From an uncultured Phycisphaerales bacterium (GTDB taxonomy: Bacteria; Planctomycetota; Phycisphaerae; Tepidisphaerales; Tepidisphaeraceae), in contig CAVWVQ010000003.1 of the NCBI GenBank assembly GCA_963758525.1, positions 2,560,001 through 2,624,000 of the forward strand: 64,000 nt of DNA. The letters run 5' to 3'. Each line of letters opens with the position of its first letter. Positions within the stretch are counted from its first letter, which is position 1. Below the pieces are notes generated by a model. The model saw only the letters and a program-made list of their open reading frames with translations. It did no database searches and was not told the DNA's origin. Below are positions 9,952 through 20,431 of this stretch, one piece after another. The position numbers were made by a program, and so were the translations under genes.

Positions 9952-10581
9952 ATGCCGGTTGAAAGCGCGGCCCAAGTCCGGCTTCGAGCCGCGGGACGCA
10001 TCAAGTCCCGTCTTGTGGAAGCATTGCGCGATGACCTTGCGGCGATGGCCGGGGCAGGGGCTTTCGCGCCGACCTGGCTGACGGCGCGGGAGATCGGCCG
10101 GCAACTGGACCAGACGGGCTACTGGCTCTCTCACAATGAGCCCCTGGCGCCGTTCTTGTCGGCGGAGCAGTGCCTCACGATGGTGACTGCCGCCCTCAAT
10201 GATCTGACTGCCAACGACGCGCGAAACTGGTGGCGCCATGAGGCGCGCTACCATCCGCATCAGATCGACTGGTCGGTTCGCGCCCGCGAAACCGCGGATC
10301 GCCTTCGCGCCTCCCGACCCGGCGAAGCACGCACCGCGATCTATGGCGGCTCTGAGGGAGAGTCGGTGATCTTCGCGAATGAAGATTTCGCGAATGGTCC
10401 AGTGGTGCGCCGACAGGTGGCGCTGCTGCGCGACAACTTGCGTGCCGCGGCCATCTCCGAGCTGGGGTTCGCCATTTCCACCGACGGCGGAGCCTGGGTC
10501 ATGCTGGTGTACACGACCAGCGAGCGCCTGCTGCAATCGGTCCTGTTCAGTCTGTGGAAGAGCACGTCCGCGGATGCATGA
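9952..10581 (+). CDS. Hypothetical protein
   Basis: 209-aa ORF, AGAGGA RBS, host-like codon use, directly upstream of prmC. Confidence 0.65.
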   Translation: MPVESAAQVRLRAAGRIKSRLVEALRDDLAAMAGAGAFAPTWLTAREIGRQLDQTGYWLSHNEPLAPFLSAEQCLTMVTAALNDLTANDARNWWRHEARYHPHQIDWSVRARETADRLRASRPGEARTAIYGGSEGESVIFANEDFANGPVVRRQVALLRDNLRAAAISELGFAISTDGGAWVMLVYTTSERLLQSVLFSLWKSTSADA

Positions 10582-10620
10582 TGTGTTGTGAGTGCTCAAG
10601 CCGTGCCATAAAATTCAGTC

Positions 10621-11514
10621 ATGCCTGATGTCGGGACATGGACGGTCCGACGGATTCTCGAGTGGACCACCGCTTATTTCACCCGAAAGCAGGTCGATCC
10701 GGCCCGCCTTTCGGCTGAGTTGCTGCTGGCACACGTCCTGGCCATGCCCCGGATCAAACTTTATATCGAATACGACCGGGTGCTCACCGAACGCCAGCTT
10801 TCTGGCTATAAAGAACTGGTTCAGCGGGCGATCCATCAGGAGCCGATCGCATATCTCACCGGTCGGGCACATTTTTTCAATCTTGAGTTTGAGGTGACTC
10901 GCGACGTGCTGATCCCTCGGCCCGACACCGAAACGCTCGTTGAAAACGTGCTGCAACTGGCTCGCCATCAGAGCGGGCTCGAAGCGCCGCGCGTGCTGGA
11001 TTTGTGTACCGGGAGCGGCTGCATCGCCGCGGCGATCGCGCATCATCTTAAATCGGCGACGGTCGTCGCAACGGACCTTTCGGCAAAGGCCGTCGAGGTG
11101 GCATCGCAAAACGTGCGGAAGCTGGGCCTCAGCGAGCGCGTGGTCGTCGAACAGGGGGATCTCTTTGAACCGATCGCAAAGCTCGTCGATCCGCAGCCGT
11201 TTGATTTGATTGTTTCCAATCCGCCGTACATACCGACCGGGCAGATTGAGACGCTTGACCGGAGCGTGCGCGACTATGAACCGTTGGGCGCGCTGGATGG
11301 CGGCCTGGACGGATTGGCGTTTCACCGCAGAATACTGAACGAAGCGCCGGATCGCCTGGTTCCCGGCGGCCGGATTTTCCTGGAAATTGCCTTCGATCAG
11401 GGGGCTGGCGCGATGCAGGTCGCGGAAGCGCATGCGGCGACGTTTGTCGAACCGCGCCTGCTGAAAGACTTTGGCGGCCGCGATCGCGTGCTGACTCTCC
11501 GGCGCGCATCATGA
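10621..11514 (+). CDS. prmC: Peptide chain release factor N5-glutamine methyltransferase
   Basis: EPIAYLTG, VLIPRPDTE, LDLCTGSGCIA, VSNPPY, ALDGGLDGL. Confidence 0.95.
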   Translation: MPDVGTWTVRRILEWTTAYFTRKQVDPARLSAELLLAHVLAMPRIKLYIEYDRVLTERQLSGYKELVQRAIHQEPIAYLTGRAHFFNLEFEVTRDVLIPRPDTETLVENVLQLARHQSGLEAPRVLDLCTGSGCIAAAIAHHLKSATVVATDLSAKAVEVASQNVRKLGLSERVVVEQGDLFEPIAKLVDPQPFDLIVSNPPYIPTGQIETLDRSVRDYEPLGALDGGLDGLAFHRRILNEAPDRLVPGGRIFLEIAFDQGAGAMQVAEAHAATFVEPRLLKDFGGRDRVLTLRRAS

Positions 11515-11548
11515 TCTGCCGTGTTCCACGTGTTGCAAGGAGACTTTA

Positions 11549-12948
11549 GTGATCAAGGTTGTGATGGTCGGCGCGGGCAGCGTCGTCTTCTCCAAAAATC
11601 TTACCGGTGACATCCTTGGCTTTCCCGAGTTCAGGAACGCGACGCTCACCTACATGGACATCGACCGCGACCGGCTCATGGTCGGCGCGCAGCTTTGCCG
11701 GAAAGTCGCGCGCGCCTGGGCGCGGAACCGGCAATCGAAATGACCGCCGATCGGCGCGAAGCGTTGCGCGGCGCCGATTTTGTCATCAACATGGTGCAGA
11801 TCGGCGGATTCGATTCGACGCTCGTCGACTTTGAAATCCCCCGCAAATACGGGCTGCATTTTACAATCGCCGACACCACCGGCCCCGGCGGACTGTTCCG
11901 CGCACTGCGCACCTTCCCGATGCTCACGGCTCTCTGCCGCGACATGCAAGAGATCTGTCCGAAAGCGGTTCTGCTGAACTACTCCAACCCGATGAGCATG
12001 AACATGCAGACGATCTCGCGCACCAGCGACGTCCGCGCCGTCGGGCTCTGTCACAGCGTGCAGGGAACGTTCGACCAGCTCATGGGATATCTCGGCGAGG
12101 ATCCTCAAACAGTCGCCTTCATCTGCGCCGGCATCAATCACATGGCGTTTTATCTTCGCATCGAAAAGGACGGCCACGATCTCTATCCGCGCCTTTTCGA
12201 CGCCATGTCGAGACCCGACATTTATACGACAAACCGCGTCCGGTTCGAGTTGATGCGCCGCCTTGGATACTTCGTCACTGAATCGAGCGAACACAACGCC
12301 GAATATTCTCCGTTCTTCATCCCGCATGGGAAGGACTCCATCGTTCGCCACGCGGTGCCGCTCAACGAATACCTGTGCCGTTGCGAGAAGAGCATCGGCG
12401 AGTTCGAAAGGATGAAGGCCGCCTGTCAATCGGACGAGCCGATCGAGGTGCGGCGGAGTCACGAGTATGGCAGCACGATCATTCATGCGATGGTCACGGG
12501 CGCGCCCACCGTGGTTTACGGCAACATGCCCAATCGCGGTGCCATCGCTAATCTTCCCGCAGACGCGATAGCCGAAGCGCCGACATTGGTGGATCGCTCC
12601 GGATTGCAGTTCACGACGGTCGGCCCGCTTCCCCCGCAGTTGCTAGGATACATGCAGCCGCACGTGATTCAACATGAGTTGTTCATTCGCGCCGCGATGG
12701 AAGGACGGCGCGATCACCTCTATCAGGCGGCAATGTTTGACCCGCTTACCTCGGCGACGCTGACGCTCGATCAGATCGTCGAACTGTGCGATGAGCTGAT
12801 CGCGGCGCACGGGTTCGTTTCCGACGGCGGATGCCTTCCCCCGCTCGATGCGAAAAAGACGCTGGTGTCTTGCAGCGGAAAGACGTTTGGGCCGGCTGAT
12901 CCTGCGCAGCTTCGGGCGAGTTGGACCGCCGCGAAAAGTGAAGCCTGA
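11549..12948 (+). CDS. melA: Family 4 glycoside hydrolase, alpha-galactosidase-like (frameshift near 11712)
   Basis: VGAGSVVF NAD motif in the first frame; ADTTGPGG, LNYSNPM, GLCHSVQ, AGINHMAF, TESSEH in the second. Confidence 0.85.
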
Positions 12949-12997
12949 CTCGGGATCGGGCGGTTAGCAGCGACTAACCGAGCCCGGCGATAGGTGG

Positions 12998-13067
12998 ACG
13001 ACCATCTCTGCGCGCTACCCTCTCTCCCGGTAACGCGGGAGAGGGGGTAGCGCGCAGAGATGGTCGT
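12998..13067. repeat. Long inverted repeat (32-bp stem) built around a CCCTCTCCC/GGGAGAGGG core
   Basis: acgaccatctctgcgcgctaccctctctcccg ... cgggagagggggtagcgcgcagagatggtcgt, one G-T pair; related core at 41181-41223. Confidence 0.8.
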
Positions 13068-13320
13068 GAATGGCCAGTTTGTCCCTCTGCCAGGAAGATC
13101 GGGGCAAGGACGACCCGGTTCATCCAGTTGTAGCGGGAACGCTTTGCGAAGCAGAGCCCTTCAGCGATCCATCTCCTCGAATCCGAACGTCTCGCGAGCT
13201 GCCTGGATTTCTGCGCCACACACGCTACAGCTTGCCGGATTTGCCTTTGGAATGGATTCTTCCTGTCGCGCAGGCCGATTTTGCGCTCTCCCATCGGGTC
13301 GTCCTGATACGATGCGACCC

Positions 13321-13491
13321 ATGCGGCACGTGCGGTTTTTCCCGTTCACTTTCCTCTCGGGCGTCCACGGATTTGCCATTTTCGCGCCCTATTTGATCGT
13401 TGTGATGGCGATCTCCTTCTATCGGGGCCGCCGACGGATGCTGCAGCCCGTTCCCGTTCGTGTGCCGGTATCATCGAATCCGCGCTCGTAA
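13321..13491 (+). CDS. Possible small membrane peptide
   Basis: MRHVRFFPFTFLSGVHGFAIFAPYLIVVMAISFYRGRRR..., a hydrophobic segment followed by a basic stretch. Confidence 0.35.
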   Translation: MRHVRFFPFTFLSGVHGFAIFAPYLIVVMAISFYRGRRRMLQPVPVRVPVSSNPRS

Positions 13492-13667
13492 CCGATTATC
13501 CCGTGGCGGAACGCTCGCAGGGATCACGCACGCTTCTCTTGCACGGAGCCCTTTACACAGGTGGTCACCGCCTCAAACTGCGCCACGCCCTGCGCTTGCT
13601 GGACAGGAGTTCAACTGCCGTTGCGAATCCGGTGCTATCATCAAGTCACAAACCGGAGGCGTCCACA

Positions 13668-14174
13668 ATGGCCGAAAGCAATCCGCTGGAAGTTCTTCTC
13701 AAGCACGATCATTGGGCAACGCAGCAGATTCTGGAGGCGTGCGTAAAGCTGTCGCCGGATCAGTTTCATCGCAAGTTCGAGATGGGGCGGGGCAATCTGC
13801 AGGATACCACGACGCACATTCTGGGCGCCATGCGCGGGTGGACGGACGTGCTGGTCGGAGGAGAAGCGCGCCCGCGTCTTGACGCCGATCCCCCGCGGAC
13901 GGCCAAAGAGTTGCTGACGCTGCTGCCGGAAGTCACCGCGGACTTCGACGCCGTGGCTCACGCGCATCCGCTGGACGAAATCGTCACCGCGGTCCGCGGC
14001 GGGAAGTCGTATTCCTTCACGCGCGGCGCCGTGCTCACCCACGTCACGACACACGGCATGCATCATCGCGCCCAATGTCTCAACATGCTCCGCCACGTCG
14101 GGGTTTCGCCCTTGCCATTGAGTTCCGTGCTGGAGTGGATGCGGGAAGTCGACCAGGTGAGGGATCCGCAATGA
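13668..14174 (+). CDS. DinB family protein
   Basis: GGAGG RBS; HDHWATQQIL, TTTHILGA, HVTTHGMHHRAQ. Confidence 0.85.
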   Translation: MAESNPLEVLLKHDHWATQQILEACVKLSPDQFHRKFEMGRGNLQDTTTHILGAMRGWTDVLVGGEARPRLDADPPRTAKELLTLLPEVTADFDAVAHAHPLDEIVTAVRGGKSYSFTRGAVLTHVTTHGMHHRAQCLNMLRHVGVSPLPLSSVLEWMREVDQVRDPQ

Positions 14175-14225
14175 CCGGACGCTCCGCTGCTTGTCGCTTG
14201 TTTTGACGATGATAGAGTGACGGAT

Positions 14226-14555
14226 ATGCGGGATCACCAATTGATTGACGAAAGAAGTTTGGCGCTGGCACAAGCTATCGCGGAGCGGCTTCGGCAGGAT
14301 CCGAGCCTGGTATCCCTGGCACGCGCCAATGTCGAGAGGTGGCGCAGATCCTGCTCGCCGCACGTCAGATCCACTTTGCAGGAATGGCTGGCGGTGCTGG
14401 ATGGCCCGGTCGACGGGGTGATTTCCCTGCTGACCAGCGACGATGAGCGGGCTGTTCGTCTTCGTCAGTCCAATCCTTTCGCGGGCGCATTGCCGCAGAA
14501 GGTGCGAAACGAAATTCTTCTGAGGTTTGAGGCCCGTGACAAGGCAGCAACTTGA
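14226..14555 (+). CDS. Hypothetical protein, probable antitoxin partner of the downstream NTase
   Basis: DERSLALAQAIAERL...ARANVERW...LRQSNPFAGAL; overlaps the next gene. Confidence 0.7.
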   Translation: MRDHQLIDERSLALAQAIAERLRQDPSLVSLARANVERWRRSCSPHVRSTLQEWLAVLDGPVDGVISLLTSDDERAVRLRQSNPFAGALPQKVRNEILLRFEARDKAAT

Positions 14556-15063
14556 GCACATCATCAGGGCCGCCGCCGGAACCGCCAATGTTCGTGACGT
14601 TGTAGTGATCGGCAGCCAGTCGATTTTGGGAAGTTATCCCGACGCTCCGCCCGAGCTCACGCAATCGATGGAAGCCGACGTCTTCCCCAAAGATGCTCCA
14701 GAGCGAGCTATTGTCATTGATGGCGCGATCGGCGAGGAATCACTATTTCATCAAACCTTCGGTTACTACGCCCACGGCGTGGGCGAGACCACGGCGATTC
14801 TTCCGGACGGCTGGCGTGATCGCCTCGTCAAAGTGGAGAGTGCTTCGACGGCGGGCGCAGTGGGCTGGTGCCTGGAAGTTCATGATCTGGCAGTGAGCAA
14901 GCTTGTGGCTGGGAGGGAAAAGGATCTTGATTTTGTTCGCGCGATGATCCGAGCCAACCTTGCCTCCACAGAGCAGATCGGAAACCGACTGGCGCATACG
15001 CCAGGGCTGTCTCCAGAACTGCGCACGCTCACCGCGGCCCGTTTCGAGCGCGCCAAGCGATAA
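14536..15063 (+). CDS. DUF6036-like nucleotidyltransferase
   Basis: LEHIIRAA..VVVIGSQSILG..SMEADV..FGYYAHGVG..LPDGW..HDLAVSKLVAGREKD. Confidence 0.75.
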   Translation: MTRQQLEHIIRAAAGTANVRDVVVIGSQSILGSYPDAPPELTQSMEADVFPKDAPERAIVIDGAIGEESLFHQTFGYYAHGVGETTAILPDGWRDRLVKVESASTAGAVGWCLEVHDLAVSKLVAGREKDLDFVRAMIRANLASTEQIGNRLAHTPGLSPELRTLTAARFERAKR

Positions 15064-15073
15064 ACGCGTCACT

Positions 15074-16759
15074 TCATCCAACAGTCAGCTTGCGATACTT
15101 AATTCGATGCGGCTGATCCGCTGCAATCCCCAGCCGCGCATGACGGTCTGCTTCGTAGGCCGAGTAGTTGCCGTCGAACCATACGACTTTGCTGTCGCCC
15201 TCAAATGCAAGGATATGAGTTGCGATTCTGTCGAGAAACCAGCGGTCGTGGCTGATGACGACCGCGCAGCCGGCAAAGTTCTGCATCGCTTCCTCGAGGC
15301 TGCGCATCACGTTGATGTCCAGATCGTTGGTCGGCTCGTCCAGCAGAATCACATTCGCGCCGCTCTTGAGCATGCGGGCCAGATGAATGCGGTTGCGCTC
15401 GCCGCCGGAGAGCACTCCGACTTTTTTCTGTTGATCGGTCCCGGTGAATCCGAGCCGCGAGACGTACGCCCGGCTGTTCATCTGCACGGAGCCGAGCTTG
15501 ATGATCTCCTGCTTGTCGGAGATCGCTTCCCAGACGTTGTCGTCATCATTAAGTGAGGATCGGCTCTGCTCGACGTAGGCAAGCTTCACGCTCGCGCCCA
15601 GGGAAAATTCCCCTGAATCGGGCTTTTCCTGGCCGGTGATCATGCGGAACAGCGTCGTCTTGCCGGACCCGTTTGGCCCGATGACGCCGATGATTCCGCC
15701 GGGCGGCAGCGAGAAGTTCAATTCGGAGAACAGGAGCTTGTCGCCGAACGACTTGCTGACGTTGATCGCCTCGATCACCTTCTGCCCCAGGCGCGGACCC
15801 GGGGGAATGTAGATTTCGATCTCCGTCACCCGTTCGCGCGCGTCCTGATTGAGCATCTGCTCGTAGGCGGCAATACGGGCCTTGCTCTTGGTCTGCCGGG
15901 CGCGGGCGGATGCGCGCACCCATTCCAGTTCGCGCGCCATGGCCTTCTGCCGGGAGGCTTCCTGCTTCTCCTGCTGGGCGAGGCGTGCCTGCTTCTGCTC
16001 CAGCCAGCTCGAATAGTTTCCCTTCCACGGAATTCCCGCGCCGCGATCCAGTTCGAGAATCCATCCTGCGGCATTGTCGAGAAAATACCGATCATGCGTG
16101 ACGGCGATCACCGTTCCCGCGTAGCGCTGCAGATGCTGTTCAAGCCACGCGACGGACTCGGCGTCGAGATGGTTCGTTGGCTCGTCGAGGATCAATACGT
16201 CGGGTTTCTGCAGCAGCAATCGGCAGAGCGCCACTCTCCGGCGCTCGCCGCCGGAAAGCACTTTCACCAGCGTGTCCGGCGGAGCGCATCGCAGCGCATC
16301 CATCGCCATTTCCAATTGTGAATCGATGTCCCAGGCTCCCAGGTGGTCAAGCTGTTCCTGCACTTCGCCCTGCCGTTCGAGCAGGGCGTTCATCGCGTCG
16401 TCCTCCATCGGCTCGGCGAACTTCTCGTTGATCGCTTCAAACTCCTTGAGCAGATCGACCGTCTTCTGCATGCCCTGCTCGACAACCTGCCGCACTGTCT
16501 TTGAGTCATCCAGCGCCGGTTCCTGCTCGAGGTAGCCGATGGTGTATCCCGGCGAAAGGCTGATTTGCCCGTCGAAGTTTTTGTCGACCCCCGCCAGGAT
16601 TTTCAGCAGCGAGCTTTTGCCCGAGCCGTTGAGACCGAGCACACCGATCTTTGCGCCGTAGAAGTAGGAGAGATAGATGTCCTTGAGGACGACTTTTTTG
16701 TCGTGCCGCTTGGTGACACCGATCATCGAATAAATGACTTTGTTGGGTTCGTCGCTCAT
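15074..16759 (-). CDS. ettA: Energy-dependent translational throttle protein EttA
   Basis: IYLSYFYGAKIGVLGLNGSGKS, two ABC cassettes, ELEWVR..ARQTKSKARI linker, PHRIKYRKL terminus. Confidence 0.95.
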   Translation of the reverse strand: MSDEPNKVIYSMIGVTKRHDKKVVLKDIYLSYFYGAKIGVLGLNGSGKSSLLKILAGVDKNFDGQISLSPGYTIGYLEQEPALDDSKTVRQVVEQGMQKTVDLLKEFEAINEKFAEPMEDDAMNALLERQGEVQEQLDHLGAWDIDSQLEMAMDALRCAPPDTLVKVLSGGERRRVALCRLLLQKPDVLILDEPTNHLDAESVAWLEQHLQRYAGTVIAVTHDRYFLDNAAGWILELDRGAGIPWKGNYSSWLEQKQARLAQQEKQEASRQKAMARELEWVRASARARQTKSKARIAAYEQMLNQDARERVTEIEIYIPPGPRLGQKVIEAINVSKSFGDKLLFSELNFSLPPGGIIGVIGPNGSGKTTLFRMITGQEKPDSGEFSLGASVKLAYVEQSRSSLNDDDNVWEAISDKQEIIKLGSVQMNSRAYVSRLGFTGTDQQKKVGVLSGGERNRIHLARMLKSGANVILLDEPTNDLDINVMRSLEEAMQNFAGCAVVISHDRWFLDRIATHILAFEGDSKVVWFDGNYSAYEADRHARLGIAADQPHRIKYRKLTVG

Positions 16760-16875
16760 GCCGGTCGTCACGGTATAGGAACATGCATCGCTTGCAAGCG
16801 CGGCAGCCGGAGTTTTGCTGGCGAATTGCGATTCGGATGTTTAAAATAGTGGTGATTCGGGACTGGACGGTTCGC

Positions 16876-17277
16876 ATGACGGTCGAGCAAATTGATGAAC
16901 GCTGGCAGGCGCACCGTGACGCGTGGGTGCGCTGCTGAAGGAGCTTGCGGCCCAGGTAGCGCAATGGGCACAAGACCAGAACTGGTCCGTGCATCGGGAG
17001 ATGAAGCTGATCAGTGAGGATCTCATCGGAGAGTACGAAGCGCCGGCTCTGCGCATTCGCACGGTGTCTGGAGAGGTGCGGCTTGATCCGGTGGCTCTGC
17101 GCATCGTCGGCGCTGACGGCCGTGTCGATCTCGAGGCGTGGCCTTCTTTGAACCGAGTGAAACTACTCCGGCGCGGGAAAGTGGATCATCATGACCGACT
17201 CTAACGTGCCGCTGAGAGACGAGTGGAGCCCTGAAACCTTTGTGCGTCTGGTGAACGATCTCGTGTCAGGGGCATGA
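16876..17277 (+). CDS. Hypothetical protein (two apparent frameshifts, near 16928 and 17180)
   Basis: MTVEQIDERWQAHRDAWV / ALLKELAAQVAQW...GEYEAPALRI..DPVALRIVGADGRVDLEAWP..RRGK / WIIMTDSNVPLRDEWSPETFVRLVNDLVSGA*; stop overlaps the next ATG. Confidence 0.6.
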
Positions 17278-17731
17278 ACCGCGATGACGCATATCGTTCG
17301 TTTCTGAGAATACAGGATCAGCTGGAAGCCTCCCGATTCGCGCTCTCGCGGATGCTTCGCGACGTCGCCGGTGGAGCAGAACTGACCACTGACTTGGAAT
17401 ATCCGCTGCGCCCGCAGCACTTCCGCGAGTGTGCCGCCGAATTGGAACTTACGTATTCGTTGCGGCTCTTCGCATCCTTCGAGGGAGTGCTGCGTTCCTA
17501 TTGGCAGAGCATGCGTCCATCACCAAGGCCGCGTCGTACCCCCGTCGAAGTACTCATGAATCGTATCGCCAGCCGCTGCTCAATGTTTCACGATGTTCTT
17601 TCCGCCGCGCACCAATAAGGGAGTACCGCAACAGCGCCGTGCATCAGGGACTTCCGTCAGTAGTTTTCACGTTCGGCGACGCGAAATCGCGTCTCTCAAA
17701 ATACGTAAGCTATCTGCCGAGAGCTTGGTAG
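17274..17731 (+). CDS. HEPN-like protein with RxxxxH motif (frameshift near 17615)
   Basis: YSLRLFASFEGVLR helix, then IREYRNSAVH after the frameshift. Confidence 0.6.
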
Positions 17732-17819
17732 CGGCTCACTTCGGCGCATTCCGCGAGCAGATGCGCCGCACGCCAAGTCCGCTTTGATTTTGAGTCACAC
17801 TGCCCGTAGCCTAAGCCGA

Positions 17820-18695
17820 ATGCCTTCCGTGCCGATCGATGGAGCAGCGCTTTCAGCGGCAATTCGCGCGCGGGTGAAAAAAGAGGTCGCGGCGCTCGTT
17901 GACGCAGGCCGAAACGTTCATCTCACCGCGCTGCTGATCGGGTCCACGTCGGCCGGCGAACTGTACGCTCAGCGCCAACGCGAGGCATGCCAGGCCGTCG
18001 GTATTGATTACGACCTTCGCACGCTCCCCGCGGAGATGCAACAACGCGAAGTCGAGCAGGTTCTCAGCGGGCTTAACCGCGATCCGTCCATCACCGGCAT
18101 CATGCTGCATCTTCCGTTGCCGGATCATCTGGATCCTACAGAGCTGCAATATCAGATCGACCCGGTGAAAGATGTCGAGGGGGTGAACCCGGCCAACATC
18201 GGATATGTCGTCTACGGTCACACGCGAATTGCTCCCTGTACCGCGCTGGCGGTGATCGAGCTGATCAAATCGACCGGCATTCCCCTCCGCGGCGCCGAGG
18301 CAGTTGTCGTCGGCGCCAGTGAAATCGCGGGCAAGCCGATCGCGCTGCTGCTGACCGAGCAGATGGCAACCGTCACGCTCTGTCACATCGCCACCCACGA
18401 TCTTCCCTCGCATACGCGCCGCGCGGAGGTCCTGGTTGTCGCCGTCGGCAAGCCGGCGCTCATCGGCGCGCGGCATCTGCGCGAGGGATCAATCGTGATC
18501 GACGTCGGCATCAACCGCGTCACGGGCGCCGATGGATTCAAAAAAACCATTGGCGACGTCGATCCGCAAGCCGTCAGCGCGATTGCCGCCCGCCACACCC
18601 CCGTTCCCGGGGGCGTCGGGCCGATGACCGTTGCCATGCTCCTGCAAAACACGGTGCGCAGCGCGACATTGCTGGCAGCGCCTTCCGGCGTTTAG
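17820..18695 (+). CDS. folD: Bifunctional methylene-THF dehydrogenase/cyclohydrolase
   Basis: LNRDPSITGIMLHLPLP, KDVEG, PCTA, VIDVGINR, TPVPGGVGPMTVAML. Confidence 0.93.
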   Translation: MPSVPIDGAALSAAIRARVKKEVAALVDAGRNVHLTALLIGSTSAGELYAQRQREACQAVGIDYDLRTLPAEMQQREVEQVLSGLNRDPSITGIMLHLPLPDHLDPTELQYQIDPVKDVEGVNPANIGYVVYGHTRIAPCTALAVIELIKSTGIPLRGAEAVVVGASEIAGKPIALLLTEQMATVTLCHIATHDLPSHTRRAEVLVVAVGKPALIGARHLREGSIVIDVGINRVTGADGFKKTIGDVDPQAVSAIAARHTPVPGGVGPMTVAMLLQNTVRSATLLAAPSGV

Positions 18696-18752
18696 TCGCC
18701 GAGCTTGCTCGTGCTCTTTCCGCGAAGAACCGCGAGCAAGCTCGGCGGCTAC
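18693..18752. repeat. Second GTAG-type REP doublet between convergent genes
   Basis: tagtcgccgagcttgctcg ... cgagcaagctcggcggctac. Confidence 0.7.
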
Positions 18753-19720
18753 ACGGGGTTCTGGGTTTCGTGTTTCCTCGAATCTTCGGTTCCCAAGACC
18801 GGACGAAAAAAGCCGCTTAGCTCCTGTGCATAGCGATGAACATCGGCCGCCAATGCAAGCACATGTCCCGCGTCGTCAACTTGCCAGAGGCGATCTTGCG
18901 GAAAACGCTCGCGGCGGATCGCGAGCGCAGCGCAAAGCGCTTCCGCGTCGCTTTCCGAAAGCGTCGGGTCGTGCTTCGGCTGAATCACCATCACCGGACA
19001 ACTGAGCGTCGCGATCGATTTCGTGGTCGACAGGGCCGAAAGAGTCGCGCCCGCGATACGCCCGGCCAGCCAGACCGCGGATCGTTGCATCAGTTCGCCG
19101 GGCGCTCCCAGCCGATCCATCTGCCGCATCGCTGCCCGCGTGAAGTCGACATATGGACTATCCAGCACCACCGCGCAAATATCCTGGCGCAGCGCGGCCG
19201 TCGCCGCGGCAACTGAAGCGCCAAAGCTCGCGCCGAACAAAGCGATGCATCGCGTCTGATCGGGCCGATCGACCAGCAGTTGATCGATCACCTGACTCAC
19301 ATCTTGCCGTTCGAACCATCCGCCGGTGCAATATCGGCCCCCGCTCTCGCCATGCGCCCGCAGATCGATGGCAAGAATATGAAACCCCAGCCCGTGCCAG
19401 AGCGGCGCCCAGGCGATCGCTCCGACCTTGGCGTCCGCATATCCGTGAATGAGCACGACGCAACGATCGGAGCAGCCTGACGCGGGAATCCACCATGCCG
19501 CGAGGCGCAGTGGAGCGCCGCGTTCGTCACGCACGTGAAACGAGATTTCCTCGAAGATGAGACCCAGGTCCCCGGGTGAAAGTCGCCGCAGCAGATATAG
19601 GGCTTTCCCATCATCCATTCTCGGCGGCCGCAGCAACCCCTCTGCCATCAGCGCGATCGCCGCCAGTGCCGCGATCGCGCCAAACGAAAGCACCATAGCG
19701 ATCAATGAGGCATAGTTCAC
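18749..19720 (-). CDS. Alpha/beta hydrolase
   Basis: VLIHGY, DLRAHGESGG, GASFG nucleophile elbow, DSPY, DAGH; N-terminal TM; start uncertain. Confidence 0.85.
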   Translation of the reverse strand: MNYASLIAMVLSFGAIAALAAIALMAEGLLRPPRMDDGKALYLLRRLSPGDLGLIFEEISFHVRDERGAPLRLAAWWIPASGCSDRCVVLIHGYADAKVGAIAWAPLWHGLGFHILAIDLRAHGESGGRYCTGGWFERQDVSQVIDQLLVDRPDQTRCIALFGASFGASVAAATAALRQDICAVVLDSPYVDFTRAAMRQMDRLGAPGELMQRSAVWLAGRIAGATLSALSTTKSIATLSCPVMVIQPKHDPTLSESDAEALCAALAIRRERFPQDRLWQVDDAGHVLALAADVHRYAQELSGFFRPVLGTEDSRKHETQNPV

Positions 19721-19809
19721 AGACGCATGGTAATGAATTTCTTGAGGTTTTCCGGCATCGCGTCCGATAACGGGCATAGAGATTTCCGGTCATGGATGCC
19801 CGGCGAAGC

Positions 19810-19831
19810 GTAGGGCGGGATTCATCCCGCC
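19810..19831. repeat. Single GTAG REP
   Basis: gtagggcgggattcatcccgcc, identical to the arm at 37835. Confidence 0.75.
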
Positions 19832-19854
19832 GTTGCCCTCCAAGGAGGCGTGTT

Positions 19855-20235
19855 GTGAAGAGTGCTGTTGCAGCGATAGCGATCGTGGCGGGCTTGGCCG
19901 CCGGTTGTGCCACCGACAAAAAGCCCGTATCCGCCGCTGACACGGCTCCCGGCGCGCTGGACGTCATGCCCGTTGGCAAGCCAGAGCCGATGACAGCCGT
20001 CGCGATGAACACGCCTGCTCCGATGCCCGTGACAGCCGCCCCGGACACCGTCACTACGCAGACCCCCACCGGCTCCGGTGCCGGCGGCTCCTACACCGTC
20101 AAGAAAGGGGACACGCTCTATAAGCTCGCCCGCGAACACTACGGCGACGGCAAACAATGGCAGCGGATCGCCTCAGCAAACCCCGGCCTGACGCCCCAGT
20201 CGTTGCGGGTCGGCCAGACATTGATCATTCCCTGA
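19855..20235 (+). CDS. LysM domain lipoprotein
   Basis: AAGGAGG RBS, lipobox LAAGC, YTVKKGDTLYKLAREHYG..IASANP..LRVGQTLIIP. Confidence 0.9.
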   Translation: MKSAVAAIAIVAGLAAGCATDKKPVSAADTAPGALDVMPVGKPEPMTAVAMNTPAPMPVTAAPDTVTTQTPTGSGAGGSYTVKKGDTLYKLAREHYGDGKQWQRIASANPGLTPQSLRVGQTLIIP

Positions 20236-20277
20236 TCGTGCATCGGTTGAGTCGGAGACTCAAACGGAGTGACGATG

Positions 20278-20313
20278 ATCGCCTGCGTCCGGAGGACGGA
20301 GGCGATTTTTTTT
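20278..20313 (+). terminator. Intrinsic terminator after the LysM gene
   Basis: atcgcctgcgtcc-gga-ggacggaggcgat hairpin followed by a T run. Confidence 0.7.
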
Positions 20314-20371
20314 GCGCACCCATTTGACAACATTCAATTTGATTGCGAGATCATGCATGCGGATATCTGAT

Positions 20372-20406
20372 GAAACAGTACGGGCCGGGCATTGACGCCC
20401 GGCCCG
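20372..20406 (-). terminator. Probable terminator of the Tad-like gene
   Basis: cgggccgggc-attgac-gcccggcccg 10-bp stem; minus strand continues tactgtttc. Confidence 0.55.
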
Positions 20407-20431
20407 CACACCCAAACAACGCTCTTGGGGG

